From assembly GCA_037441675.1 (NCBI GenBank), contig JBBIRS010000003.1:1-64000 (forward strand): DNA of 64,000 nt, given 5' to 3'. Each line of letters opens with the position of its first letter. Position 1 is the stretch's first letter. This document shows, piece by piece, positions 10,115-19,800 of this stretch. The stretch is from Planctomycetales bacterium. GTDB taxonomy: Bacteria > 4484-113. The position numbers and the translations under genes were made by a program. The notes beneath the pieces are model-generated. The model saw only the letters and a list, made by a program, of their open reading frames with translations, was not told where the DNA came from and searched no databases.

Positions 10115-10861
10115 TTACCAAAGGGTTAGGCCGCCATCTACGATTATAGTTTGGCCAGTTATCCAGCCGGCATCATCGGTAAAGAGCCAAACCGCGACTT
10201 TTGCAATATCATCGGGCGTGCCCATTCTGCCGAGGGGTGTATGCTGTTGGGCATGCCGAACCACGTCCTCGTAGTTGGGGAAGGTCTTCAGTGCGTCCGT
10301 TTCAACGGGACCCCCGGAAACCGCATTCGCCCTGATGCCCTTAGGTCCTAACTCCAACGCCAAGTATCGGGTCAAAGTCTCAATTACCGCTTTGCTTGAG
10401 CCAAGCACAGAGTAACCGGGCAGGCAGTGATGACTGCCTATGCTTGAGATACTCACGATTACTCCGCCGTCCTTCATTAGCTTTGATGCCTCTTGAGAGC
10501 AGAATAGCGTTGCCTTAGCGTTCGTATCCATCGTCAGTTCCCATCCCTTTTCTGGGAATTGGTCAATGGGCCTAAGAACTCCTAATACCGCATTATTCAC
10601 TAAGCCATAGAGCTCGCCTAAGTCTTCTCCAACTTTCTCAAACATCGCTTTTATATTCTCCACGTTTCCAACGTTGGCGCGGTAAAGATAGGCTTCTCCA
10701 CCTGCTTCCTTAACCAACTTTGCGGTTTCTTCAGCAGCGCTTATGTTTCTTAGGTAATTGATGGCGACTATCGCTCCCTCCCGCGCAAGCCTAAGTGCTA
10801 TTGCCCTACCTATTCCTCGAGAACCGCCAGTTATAAGAATTTTCTTTCCTTTTAGGCTCAT
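10115..10861 (-). CDS. fabL: Enoyl-ACP reductase FabL-like SDR
   Basis: TGGSRGIG, NAVLGVLRP, YSVLGSSK (Yx6K), LTRYLALEL, TDALKTFPN; closely follows my recollection of Bacillus FabL. Confidence 0.85.
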   Translation of the reverse strand: MSLKGKKILITGGSRGIGRAIALRLAREGAIVAINYLRNISAAEETAKLVKEAGGEAYLYRANVGNVENIKAMFEKVGEDLGELYGLVNNAVLGVLRPIDQFPEKGWELTMDTNAKATLFCSQEASKLMKDGGVIVSISSIGSHHCLPGYSVLGSSKAVIETLTRYLALELGPKGIRANAVSGGPVETDALKTFPNYEDVVRHAQQHTPLGRMGTPDDIAKVAVWLFTDDAGWITGQTIIVDGGLTLW

Positions 10862-11016
10862 AGGAATTTATTTATACCATAAAGCATAGGATTGTTGGGA
10901 AGTGGTGTTAATTTAGCTTGATTATCTGTTGCAAAAGCTAACTAGCTGTGTTAATATAATACAAGCTTTACTCTCATTCCCAAGGCAAATATAAAACCAA
11001 AGGGGGTTGATTTAGG

Positions 11017-14000
11017 ATGGGAATTAGGATGAATAGGAAGAATTTAGGAGGAGTGGGGCGAGCGGTAGCTCTACTTGCAATTGTTGCTGCAATTTCTACT
11101 TGTGGTGGTGGGAGGAAATCCGCTCTTCAGTTTTTCAATCAGGGTATAGGAGCTCAGAATCAGCGGATAACACCATTTGAGCCACAACCTGTTAAGTCTG
11201 TTTCTTTGGCTGAACTAATTGCGGAGCTTGAGGAGCTTGCGCCTCCAGAGGACGTAAGTCCGCAAGTTTTCGGCGAGGTGAAGGCAGAGCTATTACGGGA
11301 GCTGAAGAGCAGATCAATTGAAAGAGTTGTTTCCGCCCCACCGAGCGGAACTGAGAATGAGGTTACTGATTTTACCTTCTACGATAATGGTGACGGAAAT
11401 TATACATTTGAATGGTCATACGTAAATGTAGGAGACTTTGACCAGAGCGGAATAGTTGACATTCGTGACGTGGGTCCCTTGGCTCGCCACTTTTTCCATA
11501 ATTTGGAGAATGGGGAGTGGGATGATGACGATGATGAGGTAATTGATGGGAACTTTGATGGGAGAATTGACATTAGAGATGTTAAGCCATTGGCGGATCA
11601 TTTCTTCTCCGAGGTAGCGGGATATGAGATTTGGGGCGCTGAAACCGAAGACGGTGAGTTTCAGTTACTTGAGAGAGTTCCATTTTCGGAAGGTGTTGAG
11701 GGAAGCAGGAAGCGATTTGTGAAGATTCTTGCTGTTGGCAATTTTAGATACTTTTATCTTCTTCCCTATGATAGAGCTGGCGCGGGTGGTGTTAGAGGAC
11801 CCACGCGGGGTTTTGGTCCTACCGCTCAGGCTGATGCTAATCAAGTCGATGGGCTAACTTTTAAGTTTTACGGTGTGGGAAGCACTCCTAGGGGTGGGAA
11901 TGTTTCATATCTGTGGGACTTTAACTCTAACGGGATAATAGATACCGCTTTATCATCGGATCCGAACGCTTCTGCGGGCGAGCAAAGCCCAACTTATACC
12001 TTCCCAGAGGAAGGGACATACGTAGCAACACTAAAAGTTTTTGATGCAAGGGGCAATTTCAGCGAGGCAAAGGTTACAGTGAACGCGTTTACAGGCACAC
12101 CTACGAACGCGCCACCATCAGCTACTGCGCTTGTTGGAGATTTGACCGGGCAGGCGCCATTTACCGTGAGATTTATCGGTATTGGCGATGATCCTGACGG
12201 ATCAACTAGCTCGCTTAGTTACGAGTGGAACTTTGGCGATGGAACTCCTGTCGCAACGAGTCAATTTGTGGAGCATACATATTCTGCGAGCGGGTTGTAT
12301 AGGGTTCGCTTGAAAGTTACGGATGATAAAGGAATGTTCAGCTTTGCCCAGCTGACTCTTGCGGTCTGCTATACAGGACCAATACCGGATTTGGCGCCGT
12401 CATCACTAATGTTTGTTGGGGGAGATTTTCGCGCGCTTCCATTAACCGTTCCATTAGCCGGACTGGGCGCAGATATGGATGGAGGACCTGCTCCAACCTT
12501 CACTTGGAACTTTGGTTACAATTCCGCGGGCGATACAGCGCGTGACACAGCTCACACATTCCCCTTGGATGGGAACTACTTCGTTACTATGACAAGTGAA
12601 GATGATGAGGGGAACGAAGCTAGCTCGGGAATGACCATATTTGTTGGCACGCCTGCTCCTTCAGCGTCATATCCGCCTGCGGTTTGGCTCGCAGGATATA
12701 TGCTCTCTGGCAGTCAAAACTATCGCCAGCAGTTTAGAACTAACGCTTTTGACCCTGATGGCGGGGATGTAACTCTCGCCTGGGATTTTGACGGCGATGG
12801 AGTATTTGGTGATTTTGGAGATAACACGTCTGAGCCGATTGTGACCTATACTGTGCCAGGAAACTACGAGGTTTGGCTGGAGGCGACGGATGATGAGGGG
12901 GAGAAGGCATACGCATTTATAAGCTTTGTCGTTCATACGTGCGGGATACCTCCTGATATTCCCCCGCCACCGCCGAATCACGTTGTTGATGGCGGAGATG
13001 GCGGTGGTGACGGCAGAATCGGGATAAATCCCAAGTGCTATCCGAAACCGCTTGTAATTTTCCACGGCCAGCGGGGAACGCTTTACCTCATTTATAATGG
13101 GCCTGTTGATCCGGGTGACCCAAGAATTGGAAATATCACAATTCAGAGCTTCGGAGAAATATTCAATCCATTGCCGGTTGGCATTGGTAACGCTGGCAAT
13201 GGGGCAGGCGGTGCTGACATCGTAGAAAGAGACCCATTTGCCCCTGCTCCACCCTCACCGCCATTAAAGCCTCAACAATCATGGAGTGCTTTCACGGTTT
13301 CTCGTCCGTTGGATCCTCCAAGCCGTATTGAACATCTATCCATTCAGTTCAAACTGAAGGATGACGGGCGAGCTGCTGCCAACAAAACTTGCGATGTTTA
13401 TGTGATTCATTTGCAACACCACATTGTTGGGCCTACGGATGGTGGCACGGTTGAGGGACCTGTAGATATAACTGTTCAGGTTGATCCTGCGGGAACCGAC
13501 CAGACATTTGGCTTCCCCGGCATTGACCCAGGCGAGCTTATCCGCGTGTATCTGACGATTGATGGCGTACTCGTGGGCGAAATGACTAGAACGCCTGGAA
13601 GCAACGAATGGACTGCTCAGTGGAACAGCGGTAGCGTACCAAACGGCGCGCACACCATTGATTATCATATTTACGACGCGCGCGGTCCACAGCCCGGTGA
13701 GCCAGGAGATCTTGGTCCCATTGAAGAAGGGCAGATAGTTGTGAACGTTAATAATCCGCCTCCGCCTGAGATCAGCACAATTGATTTGGAGACTCTTGAA
13801 CAGCCACCATTTTTCTGCGGAACGCCATTTAACTTTATAGCAACTACCCGGGATGCTTTTGGCATTGCCTACACTCCTTTTTTTGATGTGTTTCTAGAGG
13901 TTAGTCCTCCACGCTCGGACACTCGCAGTCAAGTTCCAGGCGACACTGGGAGAGGTATATTCCAAATGCAGAGCGTCGGAGATGGCACATACACGCTTCC

Positions 14001-15513
14001 GTTCTTCTCCGAGGTTGCTGGAATTTGGAATGCGACAGTGTTTGTTAGAGATAACCGTACTGGCGATAAAGTGGGAGAGCTAATTGACACTTTGCCCATT
14101 GAAATGATTCCACTCACGCTTCAGTCAGTCAACCCGCACTTCTTGGGCGCTCCTAATGGACCTATAATGTTTTTCGGTTCAGATGTTTTCGGAAACACAG
14201 TTCCAGCTCAGCCAGGTGATTTTGATATAACATCTGATATTCCCGAACTTGATGCGCTTCAGGTTCAGCAATCACCGCTTAGCAATAACCTGTTCTACTT
14301 TAATATCCGCGCCTACGATTACACCCTTGGCAACTTCACGATAACTCACATTCCTACCGGAGCGAGCACAACCGTTCTGGCAGGCTATCCTCCGTGGAAG
14401 TTTAGGCCTCGTGTTCGTGGACAGTTCACCGGCAATGAGGCAGGCGTTCCATTTGGAGAAGATTTGTTCTTTGATTTGGACGTGCGCATTCCAGAGGGAG
14501 CGACACGCGGTTGGAAATCCTTTGAGGCGGAGTTTAGATGGCCTCAAACCGCGCCATTATCTTACAAGGGCACTTTTCCTGGGCTTCCCGATATGTTCGT
14601 TGACGATCTTGGTGGTCCTAGACAGGAGGGTTCGGAGATGGTGCTTGATGTTTATGCAGAGTACCGCGGTCTAGGTGAAAATTTCGGCGAGAATCTGTGG
14701 CCAATCTACCTTCAGTTTGGAACACCACCGCCAGGTATGTCTGAAGAACCCATTTCAACCACGGTAACTCTATCTTACTTCCAGCACTACAACGGTGACC
14801 ATGAAATTATCCCGTACGACTATGGCTTGTTTGCAACTCCCATTGGTGGGTTTAGCTTCGTGATTCTGCCAATCACTGTGAAGCCTACGAAAATCTTGAA
14901 TATGCATGTTTATCTTGTTGAGGGTGCGGCAACCCAGGAGGACGCGGAGGCGGACATTCAGGCTGCGGAGGATATGTTTAACGTAAATGCCGCTTCCTGC
15001 ACGCTTGGATTCTACGTGGATTTTGTTCCCACTTTCACGACAATTCCAGCTGATGATTGGAACAACATTGACGAAGATGGCGACGGATTGGACCGTTATG
15101 ATGCGAATGGTGATGGCGATTACGATGATCCTCTTGATAATAACGACCTCTTTAACGCGATGAACGCGGGGTATTACGATTTCTCTGCGAATACGGAAAA
15201 TATCTATTACGTTCCCGGCATTCGTGGTGGCTACCTTGGTTCAACTTACTGGCCCAATCAGCAGGTTGCGGTGGATAACGGCGCTGACCCGGATAACCTG
15301 ACCCTTGCACATGAGAAGGTGCACGAGATGGACCTTCGAGGTGATGGAGACTTTGATGTTCATGATGGCGCGGATATGGATGACGCGAACCCCGGCGTTC
15401 AGCGAGATCCCAATGCTGAAGCCCAAGGCGCCTATGGTCCCGGCAACATTATGAATTACGCTGATACAGGCAGGATTTTATCCGCTGGACAGGCGCAGCA
15501 CTTAGATCCATAA
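11017..15513 (+). CDS. Very large putative lipoprotein: dockerin/EF-hand-like pair, about 4 PKD domains, Ig-like domains, C-terminal HExxH metalloprotease-like domain
   Basis: Signal ending ISTC-GGG; GDFDQSGIVDIRDV and DGNFDGRIDIRDV; PKD motifs YLWDF, WNFGDG, WNFG, WDFDGDG; LAHEKVHEM and NIMNY. Confidence 0.85.
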   Translation: MGIRMNRKNLGGVGRAVALLAIVAAISTCGGGRKSALQFFNQGIGAQNQRITPFEPQPVKSVSLAELIAELEELAPPEDVSPQVFGEVKAELLRELKSRSIERVVSAPPSGTENEVTDFTFYDNGDGNYTFEWSYVNVGDFDQSGIVDIRDVGPLARHFFHNLENGEWDDDDDEVIDGNFDGRIDIRDVKPLADHFFSEVAGYEIWGAETEDGEFQLLERVPFSEGVEGSRKRFVKILAVGNFRYFYLLPYDRAGAGGVRGPTRGFGPTAQADANQVDGLTFKFYGVGSTPRGGNVSYLWDFNSNGIIDTALSSDPNASAGEQSPTYTFPEEGTYVATLKVFDARGNFSEAKVTVNAFTGTPTNAPPSATALVGDLTGQAPFTVRFIGIGDDPDGSTSSLSYEWNFGDGTPVATSQFVEHTYSASGLYRVRLKVTDDKGMFSFAQLTLAVCYTGPIPDLAPSSLMFVGGDFRALPLTVPLAGLGADMDGGPAPTFTWNFGYNSAGDTARDTAHTFPLDGNYFVTMTSEDDEGNEASSGMTIFVGTPAPSASYPPAVWLAGYMLSGSQNYRQQFRTNAFDPDGGDVTLAWDFDGDGVFGDFGDNTSEPIVTYTVPGNYEVWLEATDDEGEKAYAFISFVVHTCGIPPDIPPPPPNHVVDGGDGGGDGRIGINPKCYPKPLVIFHGQRGTLYLIYNGPVDPGDPRIGNITIQSFGEIFNPLPVGIGNAGNGAGGADIVERDPFAPAPPSPPLKPQQSWSAFTVSRPLDPPSRIEHLSIQFKLKDDGRAAANKTCDVYVIHLQHHIVGPTDGGTVEGPVDITVQVDPAGTDQTFGFPGIDPGELIRVYLTIDGVLVGEMTRTPGSNEWTAQWNSGSVPNGAHTIDYHIYDARGPQPGEPGDLGPIEEGQIVVNVNNPPPPEISTIDLETLEQPPFFCGTPFNFIATTRDAFGIAYTPFFDVFLEVSPPRSDTRSQVPGDTGRGIFQMQSVGDGTYTLPFFSEVAGIWNATVFVRDNRTGDKVGELIDTLPIEMIPLTLQSVNPHFLGAPNGPIMFFGSDVFGNTVPAQPGDFDITSDIPELDALQVQQSPLSNNLFYFNIRAYDYTLGNFTITHIPTGASTTVLAGYPPWKFRPRVRGQFTGNEAGVPFGEDLFFDLDVRIPEGATRGWKSFEAEFRWPQTAPLSYKGTFPGLPDMFVDDLGGPRQEGSEMVLDVYAEYRGLGENFGENLWPIYLQFGTPPPGMSEEPISTTVTLSYFQHYNGDHEIIPYDYGLFATPIGGFSFVILPITVKPTKILNMHVYLVEGAATQEDAEADIQAAEDMFNVNAASCTLGFYVDFVPTFTTIPADDWNNIDEDGDGLDRYDANGDGDYDDPLDNNDLFNAMNAGYYDFSANTENIYYVPGIRGGYLGSTYWPNQQVAVDNGADPDNLTLAHEKVHEMDLRGDGDFDVHDGADMDDANPGVQRDPNAEAQGAYGPGNIMNYADTGRILSAGQAQHLDP

Positions 15514-15800
15514 ATCACTTGTAATATTGTAGAATTACGTTTGTTATTGTGGGGGGTGGTGATTTGCCAGTCGCGCACAAGGAAAATTCGCAGACAAACG
15601 AGTGACGACTTGAAAGGAGAATGAACTTCCATTGCCCAATGATAATGCACATCCTGCGACCGTTTTCATTTGAGATCTTACATTTTCTTGTTAGTTTATC
15701 TGCTAAATCTTGTAGTGGTATAATTTGAAACGTTCATACGCTTTCCACGATTCGATTGGCGCTTTGGTGCACTGAATTGAGACGCAGGAATTCAAAACAG

Positions 15801-17723
15801 GTGAAAAATATCATAAGCCTGGCGATGCTGTTTGCCTTCACCGCTGCTTTCTTTGCCTTCGCTTGCACCAAAAAGCCAGAGCGAATGCCTCCTGAGGAAA
15901 TATTCGCTAGTCTAACTCTGATTGAGCTAGCCGGTTATGAGCAAGCGGATATAGATAACGCTAGGCAGAATCCTTTGCACCTTTTTCATTTCAAGAAGAA
16001 GGTTGTCGCTTGCAACACATGCCATAAAGCGAGAAGAGAGCTTATCTCCAATGATGCGGAATTATGCAACTCCTGTCATGGAGATGTTCGCTTTAACGCA
16101 TCCGTTGTTCAGCATCATTGTGCCGCGTGCCACAATTTTAAGAGGGTGGCAGCAAGCGAGCCAGACCTGCCGATTCGCGAGGATTGTATAAAGTGCCATA
16201 CCGCAAAGGAGCAGGAGGAAAAGTATCGTGTTGTTTTCTCATTCTTTGATGCTGGCGCACCGATGAAGATTGACTGCAGATATTGCCATAAGCCGCATGA
16301 GCCTGGGGAGTTCACACCACTTACCTCATGTGTGAACTGTCACGGGAATTACGCGGATAAGACAATACTCATCGGTGGGCACCAGATTTGTACCACCTGT
16401 CACCAACCTCACACTTGGAAATTTGAATTCAATAAGGAGAGTTGCACTAAGTGTCATCAAGCAAGCCCTAGGGTAATTGAGCACACGTTACCCTTTCATC
16501 CAAAGGATTGTCAGGCATGCCACAATCCACACTTTAAGGGTAACCTACCCAAGACGGGGGACTGCGATACATGCCACGCAGGCAGAGGCAAAGTTGTGCC
16601 TGCTTTAATCCCGCAGCATAGGGATTGCATGAAGTGCCACTCTCCGCAGAAATTCGCTTTTAAGGGCGGAAATGCATGCCTTTCCTGCCACCGCAAAGGC
16701 AAAGCATTCGTAACACTTGCAAGCGCTGAAGCGCCAAAGGAGCATATAAATTGCACTAATTGCCACAAACCGCATTTTTTCAAGGCGAGCTCTCTTAACT
16801 GCAACACATGCCATAAGGCACTACCGAAGAACCTTGCCCACGAGCTTCCGACACACAGGGGCGTCTCTTGCTTAGAGTGCCATAGTCCTCATCTTGCACC
16901 AAAGATGCCATCTGCACAGTCTTGCTCGTCTTGCCATCCGGGCAGGGCGGACTTTGTTCGAACGGAGGATTCGCCTCATCAGCATGTTGAGTGCAATTAC
17001 TGCCACCAGATGAAACCGTTTAAGTTCATTGGAACGGAGGTGAGCTGTCAAGCCTGCCACACCGCGCCACCAGAAAAGGAAGACGCTGAATGGGCTGAAG
17101 CGCCGGGACTGCATTCCCAATGCGTGATGTGTCATAAACCGCACATTTTCACACTTGAAGATGCCAACCTTTCCTGCACTATCTGCCACAGCAGTGTTTC
17201 AAAGGCTTCCAATTCAGCCAACATGCCCTTCTGTTTAAGCTGTCACGAATCACCACACACGCCTAATCCAAATCCACCAATAAAGACCTGCGCGGTCTGC
17301 CACGGGGATGTAGCTGATAAGATAGGTGAGGGCGTCAAGAGCGATTGCGCCATTTGCCACAAACCGCATAGATGGGAAGCGGATAGTTCTTCTTGTGTCA
17401 CCTGCCACGGCGGGATTTCCAAGGAGGTGCTTGCTACTGGAATGGCTGAGTGTAGTTATTGTCATTCAGGGCATTCATTTAAGGCGGAACTAGCGGTTCA
17501 GGCTTGTGCGGTATGCCATACGGATAGAAAAGGCTTGCATAACTTGGAGTTTCACCAAAGCCAAGATTGCAACGTCTGCCACAGGGCGCATAATTTTAAG
17601 CCTAATCGCGCGGTGTGCCTAAGCTGTCACTCGGATAAGATGAATCACTATGCGAATGAATCCTGTTCCAAGTGTCATTTATTCGTGGAGGCGAGTAAGG
17701 CTTTTGAAAAGAACGGTAACTGA
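15801..17723 (+). CDS. 29-heme c-type cytochrome lipoprotein (GTG start at 15801)
   Basis: 29 CxxCH motifs counted by hand; signal peptide ending FAFAC; repeating H-x2-4-CxxCH-xPH-x~8-CxxCH diheme unit. Confidence 0.93.
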   Translation: MKNIISLAMLFAFTAAFFAFACTKKPERMPPEEIFASLTLIELAGYEQADIDNARQNPLHLFHFKKKVVACNTCHKARRELISNDAELCNSCHGDVRFNASVVQHHCAACHNFKRVAASEPDLPIREDCIKCHTAKEQEEKYRVVFSFFDAGAPMKIDCRYCHKPHEPGEFTPLTSCVNCHGNYADKTILIGGHQICTTCHQPHTWKFEFNKESCTKCHQASPRVIEHTLPFHPKDCQACHNPHFKGNLPKTGDCDTCHAGRGKVVPALIPQHRDCMKCHSPQKFAFKGGNACLSCHRKGKAFVTLASAEAPKEHINCTNCHKPHFFKASSLNCNTCHKALPKNLAHELPTHRGVSCLECHSPHLAPKMPSAQSCSSCHPGRADFVRTEDSPHQHVECNYCHQMKPFKFIGTEVSCQACHTAPPEKEDAEWAEAPGLHSQCVMCHKPHIFTLEDANLSCTICHSSVSKASNSANMPFCLSCHESPHTPNPNPPIKTCAVCHGDVADKIGEGVKSDCAICHKPHRWEADSSSCVTCHGGISKEVLATGMAECSYCHSGHSFKAELAVQACAVCHTDRKGLHNLEFHQSQDCNVCHRAHNFKPNRAVCLSCHSDKMNHYANESCSKCHLFVEASKAFEKNGN

Positions 17724-17726
17724 AAA

Positions 17727-19157
17727 ATGAAAGGGTTAAAGGAAGCTCTGAAGCGTTGGTCTGTGATTGCAATTTCAGCCCTAATAGAATACAGCGGGAG
17801 ATTTCTATCTTACTTTTTTGCCCACGCGAAGTGGACTTACCCTGTGGCGGGTGTAACTTTTCTTTTGGTGGTTGGAATAGGGGCACTCAATTACACGGAA
17901 AATCCTAGATTTTGTCTCACGTGTCATGTTATGCGTCCCTACTACGTTTCCTGGAAAACATCATCCCACAATTTTGTTGCGTGCGTTGAATGTCATTATG
18001 CGCCCGGAATGCGCGCTCACATTAAAACCAAGTTTGAGGCGCTCGTCCAAGTCATACGTTACATAAATGGGACTTATGACCCAAACTTTTATGCCGAGAT
18101 TGATGATGCGAGCTGTCTTAGAAGCGGATGCCATGAGACACGATTGCTTCTGGGGAAGGTTCCATTTAAGGAGGGAATTACCTTTGATCATACCGGACAT
18201 CTTACGGTTAAACGACACAATATCCAGCTCAGATGCACCTCGTGCCATAGCCAACTTGTAATAGGAAGCCACATTGCGGTGACGGAGGAAACTTGTTTCA
18301 TCTGCCATTTCAAGGGAGAGTTTAGAGCTACCACTATTAAATCGGCAGAGTTTTGCACTACCTGCCACAAACCGCCCACTCAGACTATTAGTGTCGGACC
18401 GGTTTCATTTAACCATAAGTATTACGTTGAGCGAGGCGTGGAATGTCAAAGATGCCACAAGGATGTTGTGCAGGGAGCTGGAACAGTGCAAGAGCAGGGG
18501 TGCATCTCGTGCCATTCGGACTTTCAAAGAGTACACAAGGTTTCTGATCCCGGGCTACTACATAAGGTGCATGTGACTGATCATAAGGTCGAGTGTTTTG
18601 AGTGTCATCAGGTAATTGAGCATAAAGTGGCAAGGACGGCTGATGTTGTCGCGACTAACTGCGATGTGTGTCACGAGAACAAACACATCGGTCCACGTTC
18701 ATTATATATGGGAGTTGGAGGAAGAGGCATCGCGGATATGCCTTCAAAAATGTTTTTGGCGCAGGTTGATTGCATCGCCTGCCATTCTAACTTTGCCCCA
18801 GAGGTTCTTCCACCAGAATTTGGCGAACTAACCGCAAAACCTAGTACTGATACCTGCGTTAAATGTCATGGGGAATTTGGGAAAGTATCATTTAACGCCT
18901 GGACTTCTGAGTTGACTAGCGCTGTGAATTCTACGGAGCCTTTAATCAAGCGAGCTGAAGCTAAATTAGCGCAAATCCCAAAGAATTCTGATATATACTT
19001 AGAGCTTGAGCGCAAACTTGACGATGCCCGTTACAATTACCATCTCGTGGTTAAGGGGAAAGGAATTCACAATGTTCCGTACTCGTTAAAGCTTTTGGAG
19101 TATTCTAGGAGGATGGCTCAAGACGTGATAGAGGGAAGAGCGGAGCACAATTATTGA
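17727..19157 (+). CDS. Membrane-anchored 12-heme cytochrome c with NapC/NirT-like N-terminus
   Basis: TM helix then YTENPRFCLTCHVM.PYY.SW..SSH..V.CVECH; 11 CxxCH plus one CX4CH (CLRSGCH); C-terminal helical region with GIHNVPY. Confidence 0.92.
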   Translation: MKGLKEALKRWSVIAISALIEYSGRFLSYFFAHAKWTYPVAGVTFLLVVGIGALNYTENPRFCLTCHVMRPYYVSWKTSSHNFVACVECHYAPGMRAHIKTKFEALVQVIRYINGTYDPNFYAEIDDASCLRSGCHETRLLLGKVPFKEGITFDHTGHLTVKRHNIQLRCTSCHSQLVIGSHIAVTEETCFICHFKGEFRATTIKSAEFCTTCHKPPTQTISVGPVSFNHKYYVERGVECQRCHKDVVQGAGTVQEQGCISCHSDFQRVHKVSDPGLLHKVHVTDHKVECFECHQVIEHKVARTADVVATNCDVCHENKHIGPRSLYMGVGGRGIADMPSKMFLAQVDCIACHSNFAPEVLPPEFGELTAKPSTDTCVKCHGEFGKVSFNAWTSELTSAVNSTEPLIKRAEAKLAQIPKNSDIYLELERKLDDARYNYHLVVKGKGIHNVPYSLKLLEYSRRMAQDVIEGRAEHNY

Positions 19158-19328
19158 GGTTAAACAGAAATGTCGCATAAATTGCGGGTTCCAGAGGTAG
19201 GCTTGAAAATTTGGTAACGTTGTGCTATATGATTAGAGTGCTTTTGGTCGGAGCGAGTGCAGAGAAATTATCCAAGGCTATTTTGCCCCGACCGAACAAT
19301 ATAGAATTTTCAAGGAGGTAGCGTATTT

Positions 19329-19694
19329 ATGAAACGCACGGTAATGTTTTTAGTGGCACTTGCTATTATCTTTGCTGGACTTGCGCTCTTTAGTGGATGT
19401 CCGAAGGTTGAAGAGGAACCCGGCACAGGTATTCAGCGTCCTGGTGGAGAAGAGGTTCAGCCAGGTACTCCAGCGACAGAAGCTCCCACGGAAGCAGAAG
19501 CTCCCACGGAAGCAGAAGCTCCTTCGAAAGAGGCTGGTGAAGCTGAGACAGGTGCGACCGCAGGCGAAGGTGGAGCAGGTGGAGAAGCCGAAGGTGAAGG
19601 CGGTGAAGAAGGAGGCGGAGCCGGTGAAGGCGATACAGGTGGCGGAGATGGCGATGCGGGTGGAGATGATGCCGGTGGCGATACCGGTAGTTAA
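19329..19694 (+). CDS. Small acidic Gly/Glu/Asp-rich lipoprotein
   Basis: AAGGAGGT RBS; signal ending LFSGC; low-complexity acidic mature part. Confidence 0.85.
   Translation: MKRTVMFLVALAIIFAGLALFSGCPKVEEEPGTGIQRPGGEEVQPGTPATEAPTEAEAPTEAEAPSKEAGEAETGATAGEGGAGGEAEGEGGEEGGGAGEGDTGGGDGDAGGDDAGGDTGS
19477..19522 (+). repeat. 18-bp tandem repeat (2.5 copies; EAPTEA)
   Basis: cagaagctcccacggaag twice, then cagaagctcc. Confidence 0.9.
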
Positions 19695-19753
19695 GAAGGA
19701 ACTCTTGCATTAGGCGGATATACCTAAACGTTCAAAAGTAGATTACTTTGAAG

Positions 19754-19800
19754 CGAAGGTTGAGGTGCGGGTCATAGCGACACGCATCTCAATTTCTTCG
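19754..19800 (+). terminator. Probable intrinsic terminator after the acidic lipoprotein gene
   Basis: ttgaggtgcg...cgcatctcaa stem followed by tttctt. Confidence 0.6.

Noticed and set aside
19360..19713. Alternative-frame and antisense ORFs over the acidic lipoprotein (including a His/Leu/Arg-rich 106-aa ORF)
   Set aside because: These are shadows of the low-complexity GGN/GAR codon repeats. Only the 19329 frame has an SD and a lipobox.
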